Below are positions 31,795 through 40,341 of a DNA stretch of 64,000 nt, in pieces. Position numbers and translations under genes: made by a program. The stretch covers positions 39,386-103,385 of the forward strand of contig JBBTCT010000026.1 in assembly GCA_038060895.1 (NCBI GenBank). The letters run 5' to 3'. This DNA is from Planctomycetota bacterium. Its GTDB lineage: Bacteria > Planctomycetota > MHYJ01 > WSZJ01. Under the pieces are notes generated by a model. The model worked only from the letters and a program-made list of their open reading frames with translations. It did not search any database and was not told the origin of the DNA. Every line of letters begins with the position of its first letter. Position 1 is the stretch's first letter.

Positions 31795-32628
31795 ACGCAA
31801 CGCGGCAACGACGAAAACCTCGACTTCTACATGCGACAGGTGAAAAAGGTCGCGCTCCTCACGCCTGAAGAGGAAAAGGAGCTGGGCCGCCTCGTGCAGA
31901 AGGGGGACCAGGCGGCGCGCGAGAGGATGATCCGCGCGAATCTGCGGCTCGTCATTTCGATCGCGAAGAAGTACACGAACCGCGGAATGACCTTCCTCGA
32001 CCTCATCGAGGAGGGAAACCTCGGGCTCCTCAAGGCCGTGGAGCGCTTCGACCCCGAACGCGGCGTGAAATTCGGAACCTACGGCACCTGGTGGATCAAG
32101 CAGGCGATCCATCGCGCGCTCATGGACACGGCGCCGACTGTGCGCATCCCGACGTACATGGTCGAGATGATCCACAAGTGGAAAGCGACGAACCTGAAGC
32201 TGACGCAGAAGCTCGGTCGCAAACCGTACCCGGCGGAAATCGTGAAAGCGCTGAAGCTCAAGGGCCCCGCCGGCGAAGCGGTACGCCAGGCGCTGAACAC
32301 GAGCTACTCGAGCAGCCAGCCGCAGTCGCTCGACCTGCTGTGGCAGGCGATCCACGATTCGCCGAGCGAGCCATCCTGGCTCCCCGAAATCTCCGAGGAC
32401 GTCTCCGGCATCCTCGAGCGCTACCTCGCCAACGTCGATCTGCGCGAAGCGGACGTCCTGAGGATGCGCTACGGCGTCGGCGGGCAGGACCCGCGGACGC
32501 TTCGCGAGGTCGGCGAAATCCTCGGCATCACACGAGAGCGGGTCCGCCAGATCGAAAAGGCCGCGCTCAAGAAAATCCGCACCGCGCTCGGCAAAGCGAA
32601 GATCGCGCGCGAAGAATACGACGATTGA
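31795..32628 (+). CDS. Sigma-70 family RNA polymerase sigma factor (RpoD/RpoS-like, no region 1.1)
   Basis: LLTPEEEKEL, ANLRLVISIAKKY, DLIEEGNLGL, TWWIKQAI and TLREVGEILGITRERVRQIE. First ATG is at 31831, but region 1.2 homology extends upstream. Confidence 0.92.
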   Translation, partial: TQRGNDENLDFYMRQVKKVALLTPEEEKELGRLVQKGDQAARERMIRANLRLVISIAKKYTNRGMTFLDLIEEGNLGLLKAVERFDPERGVKFGTYGTWWIKQAIHRALMDTAPTVRIPTYMVEMIHKWKATNLKLTQKLGRKPYPAEIVKALKLKGPAGEAVRQALNTSYSSSQPQSLDLLWQAIHDSPSEPSWLPEISEDVSGILERYLANVDLREADVLRMRYGVGGQDPRTLREVGEILGITRERVRQIEKAALKKIRTALGKAKIAREEYDD

Positions 32629-32768
32629 GCGCACGATGGCCGGGTGGCCGGCCGGGAACGGCGTCAGCCCGACTCGCGCGACGTGCGGAGGAGGTTTCTT
32701 GTGGCGCCCTCCCCGCGCCAGCCGGGCCGAAGCCGCTCCCCTCCGTCCACCCGGCCATCGTGCGCTCA
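32626..32768. repeat. 143-bp foldback element with 22-bp perfect terminal inverted repeat
   Basis: TGAGCGCACGATGGCCGGGTGG (32626-32647) pairs with CCACCCGGCCATCGTGCGCTCA (32747-32768). Confidence 0.8.
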
Positions 32769-32800
32769 CGAACGACCCAAATTCAATTCAGGGGGCATTC

Positions 32801-33250
32801 ATGATCAGACCGCTGCTCGTGCTTCGAACGATCGCCCTTGCCGCTTACTTCGGCGGCGGCGCCGCCATCGCCCTGATCGTCGCCCCGGTCGCGTTCAAGA
32901 CTCTCGCTCCCGACCGCGCGTCCGCGGGCGCCGTCGTCGGCGGCGCGCTCCATGTCTTCGAGTACGCAGCGTTCGGCGCCCTCGGGCTCGCCCTCGCCGC
33001 TTCCCTCACCCTTCGCTGGCTCAAACAGCCGTCCCTCCTCTGCGACGCGGCCATCGCCACTCTCCTCGCCGGCACCCTCTTCCTCAGCGCCTGGGTGTCC
33101 CCGTCTCTCTCCGCAGCCCGCCCGCAGGGAACCGGCGCCGGCACCGAGTTCGACCGCCTGCACAAGATGTACGAGCGGGTGTTCGGGATCGAGCTGCTCG
33201 TCGCCCTGGCGGCGCTGTCTCTTTCAGCCTCCGCCCGGAAGCGAGAATAG
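32801..33250 (+). CDS. DUF4149 membrane protein
   Basis: Four TMs, VAPVAF..AGAVVG and FDRLH motif. Confidence 0.8.
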   Translation: MIRPLLVLRTIALAAYFGGGAAIALIVAPVAFKTLAPDRASAGAVVGGALHVFEYAAFGALGLALAASLTLRWLKQPSLLCDAAIATLLAGTLFLSAWVSPSLSAARPQGTGAGTEFDRLHKMYERVFGIELLVALAALSLSASARKRE

Positions 33251-33257
33251 CCGTACC

Positions 33258-33293
33258 AAAAAGAAAACCCCGGGAAGCTTTCGCCTCCCGGGG
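33258..33293 (-). terminator. Terminator between convergent genes
   Basis: CCCCGGGA/TCCCGGGG stem with an adjacent A-run. Confidence 0.7.
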
Positions 33294-33316
33294 CCGTTTC
33301 GTGGCTCGTTTGTTTT

Positions 33317-33526
33317 TTAAACGGCGGCCTTCGACACGTTGATCGCGCGGGCACCCTTGACGTCCTGCGTGATGTCAAACTGGACCTTCTGGCCTTCGGC
33401 CAGCGTCCGGAACCCGTCCATCGTGATCGCGGTGTGGTGAACAAAGACATCCTTGCCACCATCGTCCGGAGCGATGAACCCGTAACCCTTCTGATCGTTG
33501 AACCACTTCACTGTACCTGTCGCCAT
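33317..33526 (-). CDS. csp: Cold-shock protein
   Basis: [27 protein letters not shown]. Confidence 0.97.
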   Translation of the reverse strand: MATGTVKWFNDQKGYGFIAPDDGGKDVFVHHTAITMDGFRTLAEGQKVQFDITQDVKGARAINVSKAAV

Positions 33527-33856
33527 TCGACTGCTCCTTCGCTATCTCTGACGTTCTGGATTCCCGCCTTCAATGAATAAGCCCGAAGAGCTCAGGGAAC
33601 TCTCCGGGCTGGGACGCGCTTGCGACCCTTCGAAGACGGGCGTTCCTGTAACGACGATATTCATAGCAAAGCTGGAGCGTGGGACCAAGGACTATTTTTG
33701 AAGAGGGCGCTCCCTGGCCGAGTTGCAGACACAAATCTACCTGGCCGAGGACCTGAAGTACCTCCCCGAGACCGAGTCAGCAACTCTCCGCGACCGAATC
33801 GGCCGCCTCCGAGGTCTAATTCTGCGCTTCAAATCCTCAATGCCCTGACCCAAACG

Positions 33857-33940
33857 CAGCCCCCGCAGCCTCCGCAGCCTCTGCCAGCCTCTGCCAGCCT
33901 CTGCCAGCCTCCGCAGCCTGCGCCAGCCTCCGCCAGCCCC
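33857..33940. repeat. Tandem 9-10-bp repeat, (C)CAGCCTCYG, about 8 units
   Basis: gcagcctccgcagcctctgccagcctctgccagcctctgccagcctccgcagcctgcgccagcctccgccagcc. Confidence 0.8.
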
Positions 33941-33968
33941 TCGCCCCGGGGCGCCAACCCCACAAAAC

Positions 33969-34005
33969 AAAAAAAGCCCCGCAGCCGAAAAACGGCCGCG
34001 GGGCT
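33969..34005 (-). terminator. Rho-independent terminator of the second csp
   Basis: AGCCCCGC..GCGGGGCT stem plus A7 (U-tract on the minus strand). Confidence 0.85.
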
Positions 34006-34018
34006 CGCAGTTTCAACG

Positions 34019-34231
34019 CTATGTTCCCGGCACCTTCGTCACGTTCACCGCACGTCCGCCCTTCGCATCCTGCTGAAGGTCGAACTGCACCTTCTGGCCC
34101 TCCTTGAGCGAACGGAAACCCTGCTCCTGGATCGCCGTGTGGTGGACGAACACGTCCTTGCCGCCGTCGTCCGGAGCGATAAAGCCGTACCCCTTCTGGT
34201 CGTTGAACCACTTCACAGTGCCCGTCGCCAT
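34019..34231 (-). CDS. csp: Cold-shock protein (tandem paralog)
   Basis: N-terminal 34 aa identical to 33317..33526. Confidence 0.97.
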   Translation of the reverse strand: MATGTVKWFNDQKGYGFIAPDDGGKDVFVHHTAIQEQGFRSLKEGQKVQFDLQQDAKGGRAVNVTKVPGT

Positions 34232-34400
34232 GTCTCTATCTCCTCTTACTGCACCACGGATCCGCCCGCCTGACCCGAAATCGGACCGAGCCGGCTTTCG
34301 CCGGTCCGGCCGGGCCCCTCTTTGGAGCGCCGACTGCCGGGCGGTTCCGCCTTGAGTTGGGAAAGATAGCAGGAAAGGAGGCCGAATGTAGGAGGATTTT

Positions 34401-35468
34401 CTACTTCAAATCCTTCGCTTCGGGGATCGACTTCAGCCGCTTCAGCACCCCCGCATTCTCCAGAAGTTTTTCCACGTCCGGCTTCGCGCCTTGCGTTTCT
34501 TCGATGATCTGTGAAGTGTCCGGCCGCCCGGCCAGCTCTTCCCCGCTCATCCACAGCCCCTTGCGCTCGCCCGTGGCGTCGCGGTTCGTGCCGATGTGGT
34601 TCATCCGCAGCAGGACTTTGGAATTCCCGACGGCGCCGATCGAGCCGCCGTCCTTCGACGCGTTGTTGCGGTCGATCCAGCAGTCCTGCACGACCGGGCA
34701 GCCGCGGTCGTAGCACGAAATCGCGCCGCCGGTCGAGCCGGCCCCGTTCAGTCCGAACCAGGATTTCTCGATCGCGGGCGAAGCGCCCCGGAGGCAGTGG
34801 ATCGCGCCGCCGTACTTCGCGAAGTTCGCGGCGAAGATGCACTGGTCGATGAACGGGTCGCAGGCGACGCAATGCACGGCGCCCGCGTCCTCGCGCGCCC
34901 GGTTCACACGGAAGTCGCACTTCACGATCTGCACCTTCGCCTTGTTCCACGCCGCGACCGCGCCCCCCCATTCGGCCGCGTTGTCCTCGAAGCGGCAATT
35001 CCGGATCTCGACCCGCGCGTCGCCGCAGATGAACAGCGCCCCGCCGGCCATGACGGCGAACGCGGCGCCCTTGGCGTCCTCCGGCTTCGCGAAGTCCTTG
35101 AACTCGTGGTCGGCATTGAACCGCGCCAGCCGCCCGCGGCCGTTGGAGAAGCGGCAGTTGTCGAGCGTCGAGCCGTCGGTGCCGGGCGCGAGCATGGCGA
35201 CGTTCGCCCAGCCGCGCTCCGGATCGCGCGCGATGAACTTCACGGGCTTGGACGCCGTCCCGCGCGCGTCGAGAATCCCGCGGCAGATGATCCCGACCCC
35301 CGGCGCGAACTTCAGCGTCACTCCCGACTTGATGATCAGCTTCCAGTCCTTCTTCACTTCCAGGTCCGCCGAAAATTCGCAGTCCGCCTCGATGATCTGC
35401 TCGCGCGTGTCCTGCGCGACGGCGGGGGAAGCGGCGATGGCGAGAAGGAAAAGCGTGGCCAGGCGCAT
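34401..35468 (-). CDS. Secreted right-handed parallel beta-helix protein
   Basis: Signal peptide, GTASKPVKF and repeated CxFxxNxAxxGGAI units. Confidence 0.82.
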   Translation of the reverse strand: MRLATLFLLAIAASPAVAQDTREQIIEADCEFSADLEVKKDWKLIIKSGVTLKFAPGVGIICRGILDARGTASKPVKFIARDPERGWANVAMLAPGTDGSTLDNCRFSNGRGRLARFNADHEFKDFAKPEDAKGAAFAVMAGGALFICGDARVEIRNCRFEDNAAEWGGAVAAWNKAKVQIVKCDFRVNRAREDAGAVHCVACDPFIDQCIFAANFAKYGGAIHCLRGASPAIEKSWFGLNGAGSTGGAISCYDRGCPVVQDCWIDRNNASKDGGSIGAVGNSKVLLRMNHIGTNRDATGERKGLWMSGEELAGRPDTSQIIEETQGAKPDVEKLLENAGVLKRLKSIPEAKDLK

Positions 35469-35513
35469 GGCGTCGAGTCCTGAAAGTGACTGCCGGAATG
35501 ATACTCTCCCGGG

Positions 35514-35960
35514 ATGCCCGCCCCGCGCCTCCACGTGCACAGCGGCCGCTGCTTCTGCGGCGCCGTCCGGGTCCGTTTCGAATCGCCCACCCCGCCGCAC
35601 GCCACGCCCCTGCGCTCCTGCACGTGCACGTTCTGCCTCAAGCACGGCGCCCGCAACGCCAGCGACCCCGCCGGCCGCGTCCGCTTCGAGATCCGTCGCC
35701 CCGACCGCCTTTCGCGCTTCGATTTCCGCCCCGCGACCGGCGGGCGGTTGCTCTGCGCGTTCTGCGGCGCGTACGTCGCCACGGCGCGCCGGTTCGGCGG
35801 CCGCTGGCTGGCCACGGTCAACGTGAACTCGCTCGACCGGTCCCAGGAATTCACGCGCAAGCCGCAACTCATGGACTACTCGGGCGAAACTCCTGCGCAG
35901 ACCCGAGCCCGGCGCAAGGCGCGCTGGACGCCGGCGACGGTCGTCATCCGGAAGCGGTAA
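35514..35960 (+). CDS. GFA/CENP-V family Zn-binding protein
   Basis: HSGRCFCGAVR, CTCTFCLKHG and CAFCG. Confidence 0.85.
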   Translation: MPAPRLHVHSGRCFCGAVRVRFESPTPPHATPLRSCTCTFCLKHGARNASDPAGRVRFEIRRPDRLSRFDFRPATGGRLLCAFCGAYVATARRFGGRWLATVNVNSLDRSQEFTRKPQLMDYSGETPAQTRARRKARWTPATVVIRKR

Positions 35961-36669
35961 GGGCCTCCAGCAGAACCTTCCCCGCATCCAGCGGCTCCAT
36001 CAGGCACCAGTCGTGCCCCCCGCGCACTTCGACCAGGCGCGAGCCCGGAAGCGCCGCAGCTCGCTCGCGCACGAAGGCCAGCGGGAACAGTTCGTCGTGG
36101 CTCGCGGCCACGAAGACCACCCGCGACCCGGCGTCCGCCGGAATCCGGTAGCAGACCTTCGCCGCGCGCAGCGCCAGCATCCCGAGCCTCCAGGCCTTCC
36201 CCGGCTGGAATCCCACCGTCGCCATGAAATGCGGCAGCACCCGCCAAAGCGCCGGCCACGCCGGCGGCCACAGCGCGACTCGCAGATTCTTCAGCACGAA
36301 AAACCGCACCAGCAGCATCCCCATCGAGAACGGCGTGCCGCACCCCGCCGAGTCGATCAGCACCACCCGCCCCGGATACCCGCGCGCCCCCGCCAGCGCA
36401 ATCCCCACCGCCCCACCCAGCGAATGCCCGATCACCACCTCCGGTTTCACGCCGCGCGCGTCGAGAAACTCCCCCACGTCCTGCGCGAATCCCACCAGCG
36501 TCGCTTCCCCCCGCGGCATCGGCGTCCCCCCCGCCCCCGGCATGTCCGGCGCCAGCACGTGAAATCGCTTCGCCAGCTCCACCAGCAGCGGCCGGTAAGC
36601 CGCGGCGCGCATGCCTACGCCATGGAGGAAGAGGAGAGGGGGGCCGGAGCCAAGTTCGAGGAAGGTCAC
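35944..36669 (-). CDS. Alpha/beta fold hydrolase
   Basis: GPPLLFLHG, DMPGAG, GHSLGG and GGHDW. Confidence 0.88.
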   Translation of the reverse strand: MTFLELGSGPPLLFLHGVGMRAAAYRPLLVELAKRFHVLAPDMPGAGGTPMPRGEATLVGFAQDVGEFLDARGVKPEVVIGHSLGGAVGIALAGARGYPGRVVLIDSAGCGTPFSMGMLLVRFFVLKNLRVALWPPAWPALWRVLPHFMATVGFQPGKAWRLGMLALRAAKVCYRIPADAGSRVVFVAASHDELFPLAFVRERAAALPGSRLVEVRGGHDWCLMEPLDAGKVLLEALTASG

Positions 36670-36732
36670 GGGAGGAGCGATTGTACGCCGCTGCTTTCAG
36701 GGATAGCTTCGGCCCTCTACAATCCGTGACGC

Positions 36733-36770
36733 GCCCACGTAGCTCAGTTGGAAAGAGAGCCGTTTCCTGA
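36733..36770 (+). pseudogene. Degenerate 5' half of tRNA-Arg(CCT); left boundary of the accessory region
   Basis: GCCCACGTAGCTCAGTTGGAAAGAGAGCCGTTTCCTGA aligns to 42757-42795 and is preceded by TACAAT at 36718. Confidence 0.75.
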
Positions 36771-36940
36771 TGGCCTTCTTCGAGTCAGCGCCGCTCGGCG
36801 ATCCGTGGGGGCGATGTTGTCCGGTGTTGCCAATCGTTGGCGAGATTCGTAACAGAAGCCTGACCTTCTACGCTGCCGACCTGAACGTTCGGTCCGTCGG
36901 ACAACTCCGCTCACATTCCTTCTTCAATCGAGTATTCGAT

Positions 36941-37531
36941 ATGAAGCGCCTTGCGATAGCCGTTCTCGCAGTCGTGACCTTTGCTGGTCTCTGCGGCTGC
37001 GGGAACAGCAAGCCGACGGAAGCAAGAGGCGGCCCCGAAACCGGCTCGAAGTCGAGCGTTCCGACGGCCGGTCCCGACTTCAACTCCCAAGGTGCAGAGG
37101 TCCAGGCCGCGCTCGAGGAGGGACTCGCCGCTTCGGTGTCCGAGGATCGAGGAAGATTCTCAGCCTGGTTCAGAGCAATGGTCATTCCGGACTACGAGGC
37201 TTGGTGCAAACGATCCTTTGGTGAAGAGAAGGGGGCGAAGCTTGCAACGAGCCTGAAATCGCCGCCCAACGTCGAGGAATTCCTTCGCAAGTCCTTTGCC
37301 ACGATCCACAACGCGGGTGCGACCGATGTTCGCGTGGTTCTGGTTACAGCAGACTCCGACCAGGCGCCGTCACGAGATCGGAAAGTTGTGGCTGGCATGC
37401 GAGAGAAATTCTCACTCTTCAGCGCGAGCTTCATTCAGAAAGGAGAGTCTCAAAGCACCTTCGAATGGGGAGGGTTTGCCTTCGTTGAAGGTCGGGCGCG
37501 TTGGATCGGAGAATTGAGCTCCCTGGAGTGA
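36941..37531 (+). CDS. Hypothetical lipoprotein
   Basis: MKRLAIAVLAVVTFAGLCGC lipobox-like signal. Confidence 0.7.
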   Translation: MKRLAIAVLAVVTFAGLCGCGNSKPTEARGGPETGSKSSVPTAGPDFNSQGAEVQAALEEGLAASVSEDRGRFSAWFRAMVIPDYEAWCKRSFGEEKGAKLATSLKSPPNVEEFLRKSFATIHNAGATDVRVVLVTADSDQAPSRDRKVVAGMREKFSLFSASFIQKGESQSTFEWGGFAFVEGRARWIGELSSLE

Positions 37532-37666
37532 TCGTTCGGTGCGGCGCGACTCCGGTGCTGAGTTTCAAATTCCGCTAGGTGGACAGTTAGGAGGCGCTGC
37601 AATGAACAACGTCATCTGCCCCGGCGCGCGCAGGTAAGATCCGGGCCTAACCAGAGGTACAAGACG

Positions 37667-38869
37667 ATGAGCACACTTCGGGCGTTCTTGTGGTACGCGC
37701 TGCTGGCAACCTCCTTCGCCCGCACCGCCGAAGCACAGGAGTTTCACCCAAGCATCTCGGCGGAGTGTGCGTCCGGACGCTTTCGAATTGATGCGGAGTC
37801 ACCGAATCCAGGTTTCGCCACGAACTTGAAGAGTTTCAAGTACACGTTGACCGACACGACCACGAAAGAGCCCGTCTGGACGCGCTCGCAGCCGCAGGGC
37901 GGCGCGGGGCCGAACGGAGAGGCCGCGGCCAAGAGGGCGTGGGTCGATGACGATGGACTGACGCTGGTGCGGACGGAGAAGGACGAGCTGTTCGCTCTTG
38001 GCGCTGCTGACGGCAAGAAGACATTTCAATTCGTTCTTCATAGCCAGTTCTCGGACGCTGACACCGACGAGTACGTCGAACCCTGCTCGCCGTCGCCGCA
38101 GTGGGCGGGAGGATCTCGAAGCTACTTCATCTCGCTCGACGTGGATGGCGTTTCGCGAAGGCTGTTCATCATCCGCACCTACTGGGGGCGTCGAATCGTC
38201 GTGGATCTCGCTGGCGGCAATGTGCTTGCGGAGGACCGGCTCGACGCGAAGAACTTGGCGGAGGCACAAAAGTCCGAGGAAGCGTGGGCGCACGAGGTCC
38301 TTTCCAAGTGGGCGAAGCGAGTGGAGAAGGACAAGTACCAGTTCCTGTATGACCCCGATTGGGACCAATACGAGGAACTCCGAGCCGCCGTTTTGTTCGC
38401 AGGGTTGCAGGGTCTGAAAGCGGAGCTTCCGTTGCTTCGGACGTTGGAAGAGTGTCACGGCGGCAACGGCGTCCGCCCAAATCTAGCGGGTGGACTCCGG
38501 GCCCGCTACGACCCGCTACGCCAGGCGTGCCAGGCCGCGCTACGGCGACTCGGTGCAACCCCGTCGGCGCAGCCAGGAGTCGAAATCAAGAGCGACTCTG
38601 GGGACGACGTGAAGACGAACGTGACCCTCAAGGATCGCGTCTCGCGAGTGGACAAGGTGAAGGAGGGCATGTCATTGCGAGAGGTTGCGGAGTGCCTCGG
38701 CAATCCAGACTTCGACAACTTCGACCGATCCCTCGTTTGGGAATACGACATCGACGCCGAGAAGCCGTTCACCTTGAGGATCTCATTCGAGGCCAACTCA
38801 AAAGTTGAGCGCCTTGAGCCGCCGGTTTGGAAGAAGGCTTCGAAGCGGGATCGAGGCCCGAATGGCTAG
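37667..38869 (+). CDS. Secreted hypothetical protein with C-terminal SmpA/BamE-like motif
   Basis: Signal peptide. VKEGMSLREVAECLGNPD..VWEY. Confidence 0.65.
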   Translation: MSTLRAFLWYALLATSFARTAEAQEFHPSISAECASGRFRIDAESPNPGFATNLKSFKYTLTDTTTKEPVWTRSQPQGGAGPNGEAAAKRAWVDDDGLTLVRTEKDELFALGAADGKKTFQFVLHSQFSDADTDEYVEPCSPSPQWAGGSRSYFISLDVDGVSRRLFIIRTYWGRRIVVDLAGGNVLAEDRLDAKNLAEAQKSEEAWAHEVLSKWAKRVEKDKYQFLYDPDWDQYEELRAAVLFAGLQGLKAELPLLRTLEECHGGNGVRPNLAGGLRARYDPLRQACQAALRRLGATPSAQPGVEIKSDSGDDVKTNVTLKDRVSRVDKVKEGMSLREVAECLGNPDFDNFDRSLVWEYDIDAEKPFTLRISFEANSKVERLEPPVWKKASKRDRGPNG

Positions 38870-39006
38870 ACTCTGTCTGCCAACGCCGTAAGGTGCCTAT
38901 AGATTGAAGCGGCAGGGTTCCGACCCGTGGCAAGTGTCGGTGGACACGGGATCTCCGCCGCCCGACGCATCCGTTTGCCAACCAAAGTGGCTGAGGAAGC
39001 ACCTCC

Positions 39007-39978
39007 ATGCCCAACAAGGGGTTTTTCACGCAGGGTGTTGCGGTCCTGCTCAAGGAAAGCGTGACACTAGCCGACTTGGAGCGCCTGCTGACCGGGTTCA
39101 AGATTTCCAAGCGCAAAGAGGAGTTCGAGAACTGGGAACTGGGAGGCCCTGCGCTCGTCCTCGACTACCGGCCAGAGGTAAACGGGCACGTCTCCGTGGA
39201 CATCGTGGATCGGCCCTGGCCGGACAACATGGGCGACCCAAAGAGCGAGCCGACTCTCTTCGCGGCATGGAGCATGGGGCACTTCGGGCCGTTCGCGTGG
39301 CCTGAGAGTCAGAAGAGAGCGATCCAGCACTGCTACTGTTGGGAAGAGGGGCGACAGATCGCTCCTCAGCACAGGGCATTCCTTCGGATTCGCACCAGCT
39401 ATGTCTTCGGCGCGCCGGAGTCCGCTCCGGTGTTTCCTGAGGACTGCAAGCCTGCTGACGAACTGAGCTTTATCCTCCGAGTCGTCATGGCGTTGCTCCG
39501 GCATCCCGCCGCGCTTTGCTACTTCAATCCGAACGGAGAGGTTCTCGCGGAGCGGAAGTCTATGGAGCGAGTCCTCGCGCACTACGGCAAAGCGAAGTTG
39601 CCGCCTGTGGATCTTTTGGCCAACCGGCGCATCTTCAAATTCGAGAACGGTTGGACCATGACGGACACGGTGGGAATGCAGCAGCTTGACTTGCCCGACA
39701 TCGAGGCCTGCTTTCATCCCGACAGGTTTGACCTGAACGACGTCGGCCAGTTCCTGGCGAACGCCTCGTTGTATCTCACCGAGGCTGGGCCCGTGATCAA
39801 AGATGGGGAAACCATCGATGGTCCCGGAGAAATCCGCTTCCGGGCGAAATCGTTCAAGGAAGGGCTGTGGACTCCGCCCCGCCCCACCCTGCGCTTTCGT
39901 CCTGAGGACGGCACCACTCCTCCGATGGAGTTCGGATTCGAGAACCCGGCCCCGAAAAAGAAGTGGCGATTCTGGTAA
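39007..39978 (+). CDS. DUF4261-like domain protein
   Basis: DTVGMQQLDLPDIE..YLTEAGPVIKDGETI and KKKWRFW tail. Confidence 0.7.
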   Translation: MPNKGFFTQGVAVLLKESVTLADLERLLTGFKISKRKEEFENWELGGPALVLDYRPEVNGHVSVDIVDRPWPDNMGDPKSEPTLFAAWSMGHFGPFAWPESQKRAIQHCYCWEEGRQIAPQHRAFLRIRTSYVFGAPESAPVFPEDCKPADELSFILRVVMALLRHPAALCYFNPNGEVLAERKSMERVLAHYGKAKLPPVDLLANRRIFKFENGWTMTDTVGMQQLDLPDIEACFHPDRFDLNDVGQFLANASLYLTEAGPVIKDGETIDGPGEIRFRAKSFKEGLWTPPRPTLRFRPEDGTTPPMEFGFENPAPKKKWRFW

Positions 39979-40105
39979 GGAAGATCGGGCGCGGCGAAGT
40001 CGCCAGGGACTTGCTACGGCTGTCGCTAAGGCAACGCCGCCAAAACCAGACTTTCTCGGACTCCGCCCGACTCTTCGACTTTGGAGAGCGGAAAGCGGTA
40101 ACCCC

Positions 40106-40133
40106 TTGAGTGTCCTCGATTTCCCTCTAGAAT
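40106..40133 (+). promoter_or_regulatory. Sigma70-like promoter of the tRNA half
   Basis: TTGAGT-N16-TAGAAT, 9 nt before the tRNA 5' end. Confidence 0.55.
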
Positions 40134-40142
40134 CGCGCCCGC

Positions 40143-40185
40143 GTCCCCGTAGCTCAGTTGGATAGAGCGGCGGTTTCCTAAACCG
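40143..40185 (+). pseudogene. 5' half of tRNA-Arg(CCT), truncated after the anticodon stem (att-site remnant)
   Basis: GTCCCCGTAGCTCAGTTGGATAGAGCGGCGGTTTCCTAAACCG, after which similarity stops. Confidence 0.9.
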
Positions 40186-40261
40186 AAGAGCGCAGCTCGG
40201 TCGCCGGCGCAAGATTCGTGGCTCTAAGGACTTGCGGATGCTTCAAATTCGAGCCCGAGAT

Positions 40262-40280
40262 TTGTGCCGTACTTGTGCCA
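40262..40280. repeat. Tandem TTGTGCC direct repeat (possible integrase arm-type sites)
   Basis: TTGTGCCgtacTTGTGCC about 75 bp from the tRNA half. Function is inferred. Confidence 0.45.
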
Positions 40281-40341
40281 ACTTGACGCCGATTTCAGAT
40301 TGCCTACGGCGACCCTTCGCGGCAATTCCTCGCGTCGATGC

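Noticed and set aside
33857-33940. CRISPR array
   Set aside because: Contiguous 9-10-bp units with no spacers.
40143-40216. Second functional tRNA-Arg
   Set aside because: No T-arm or acceptor 3' strand after position 40185.
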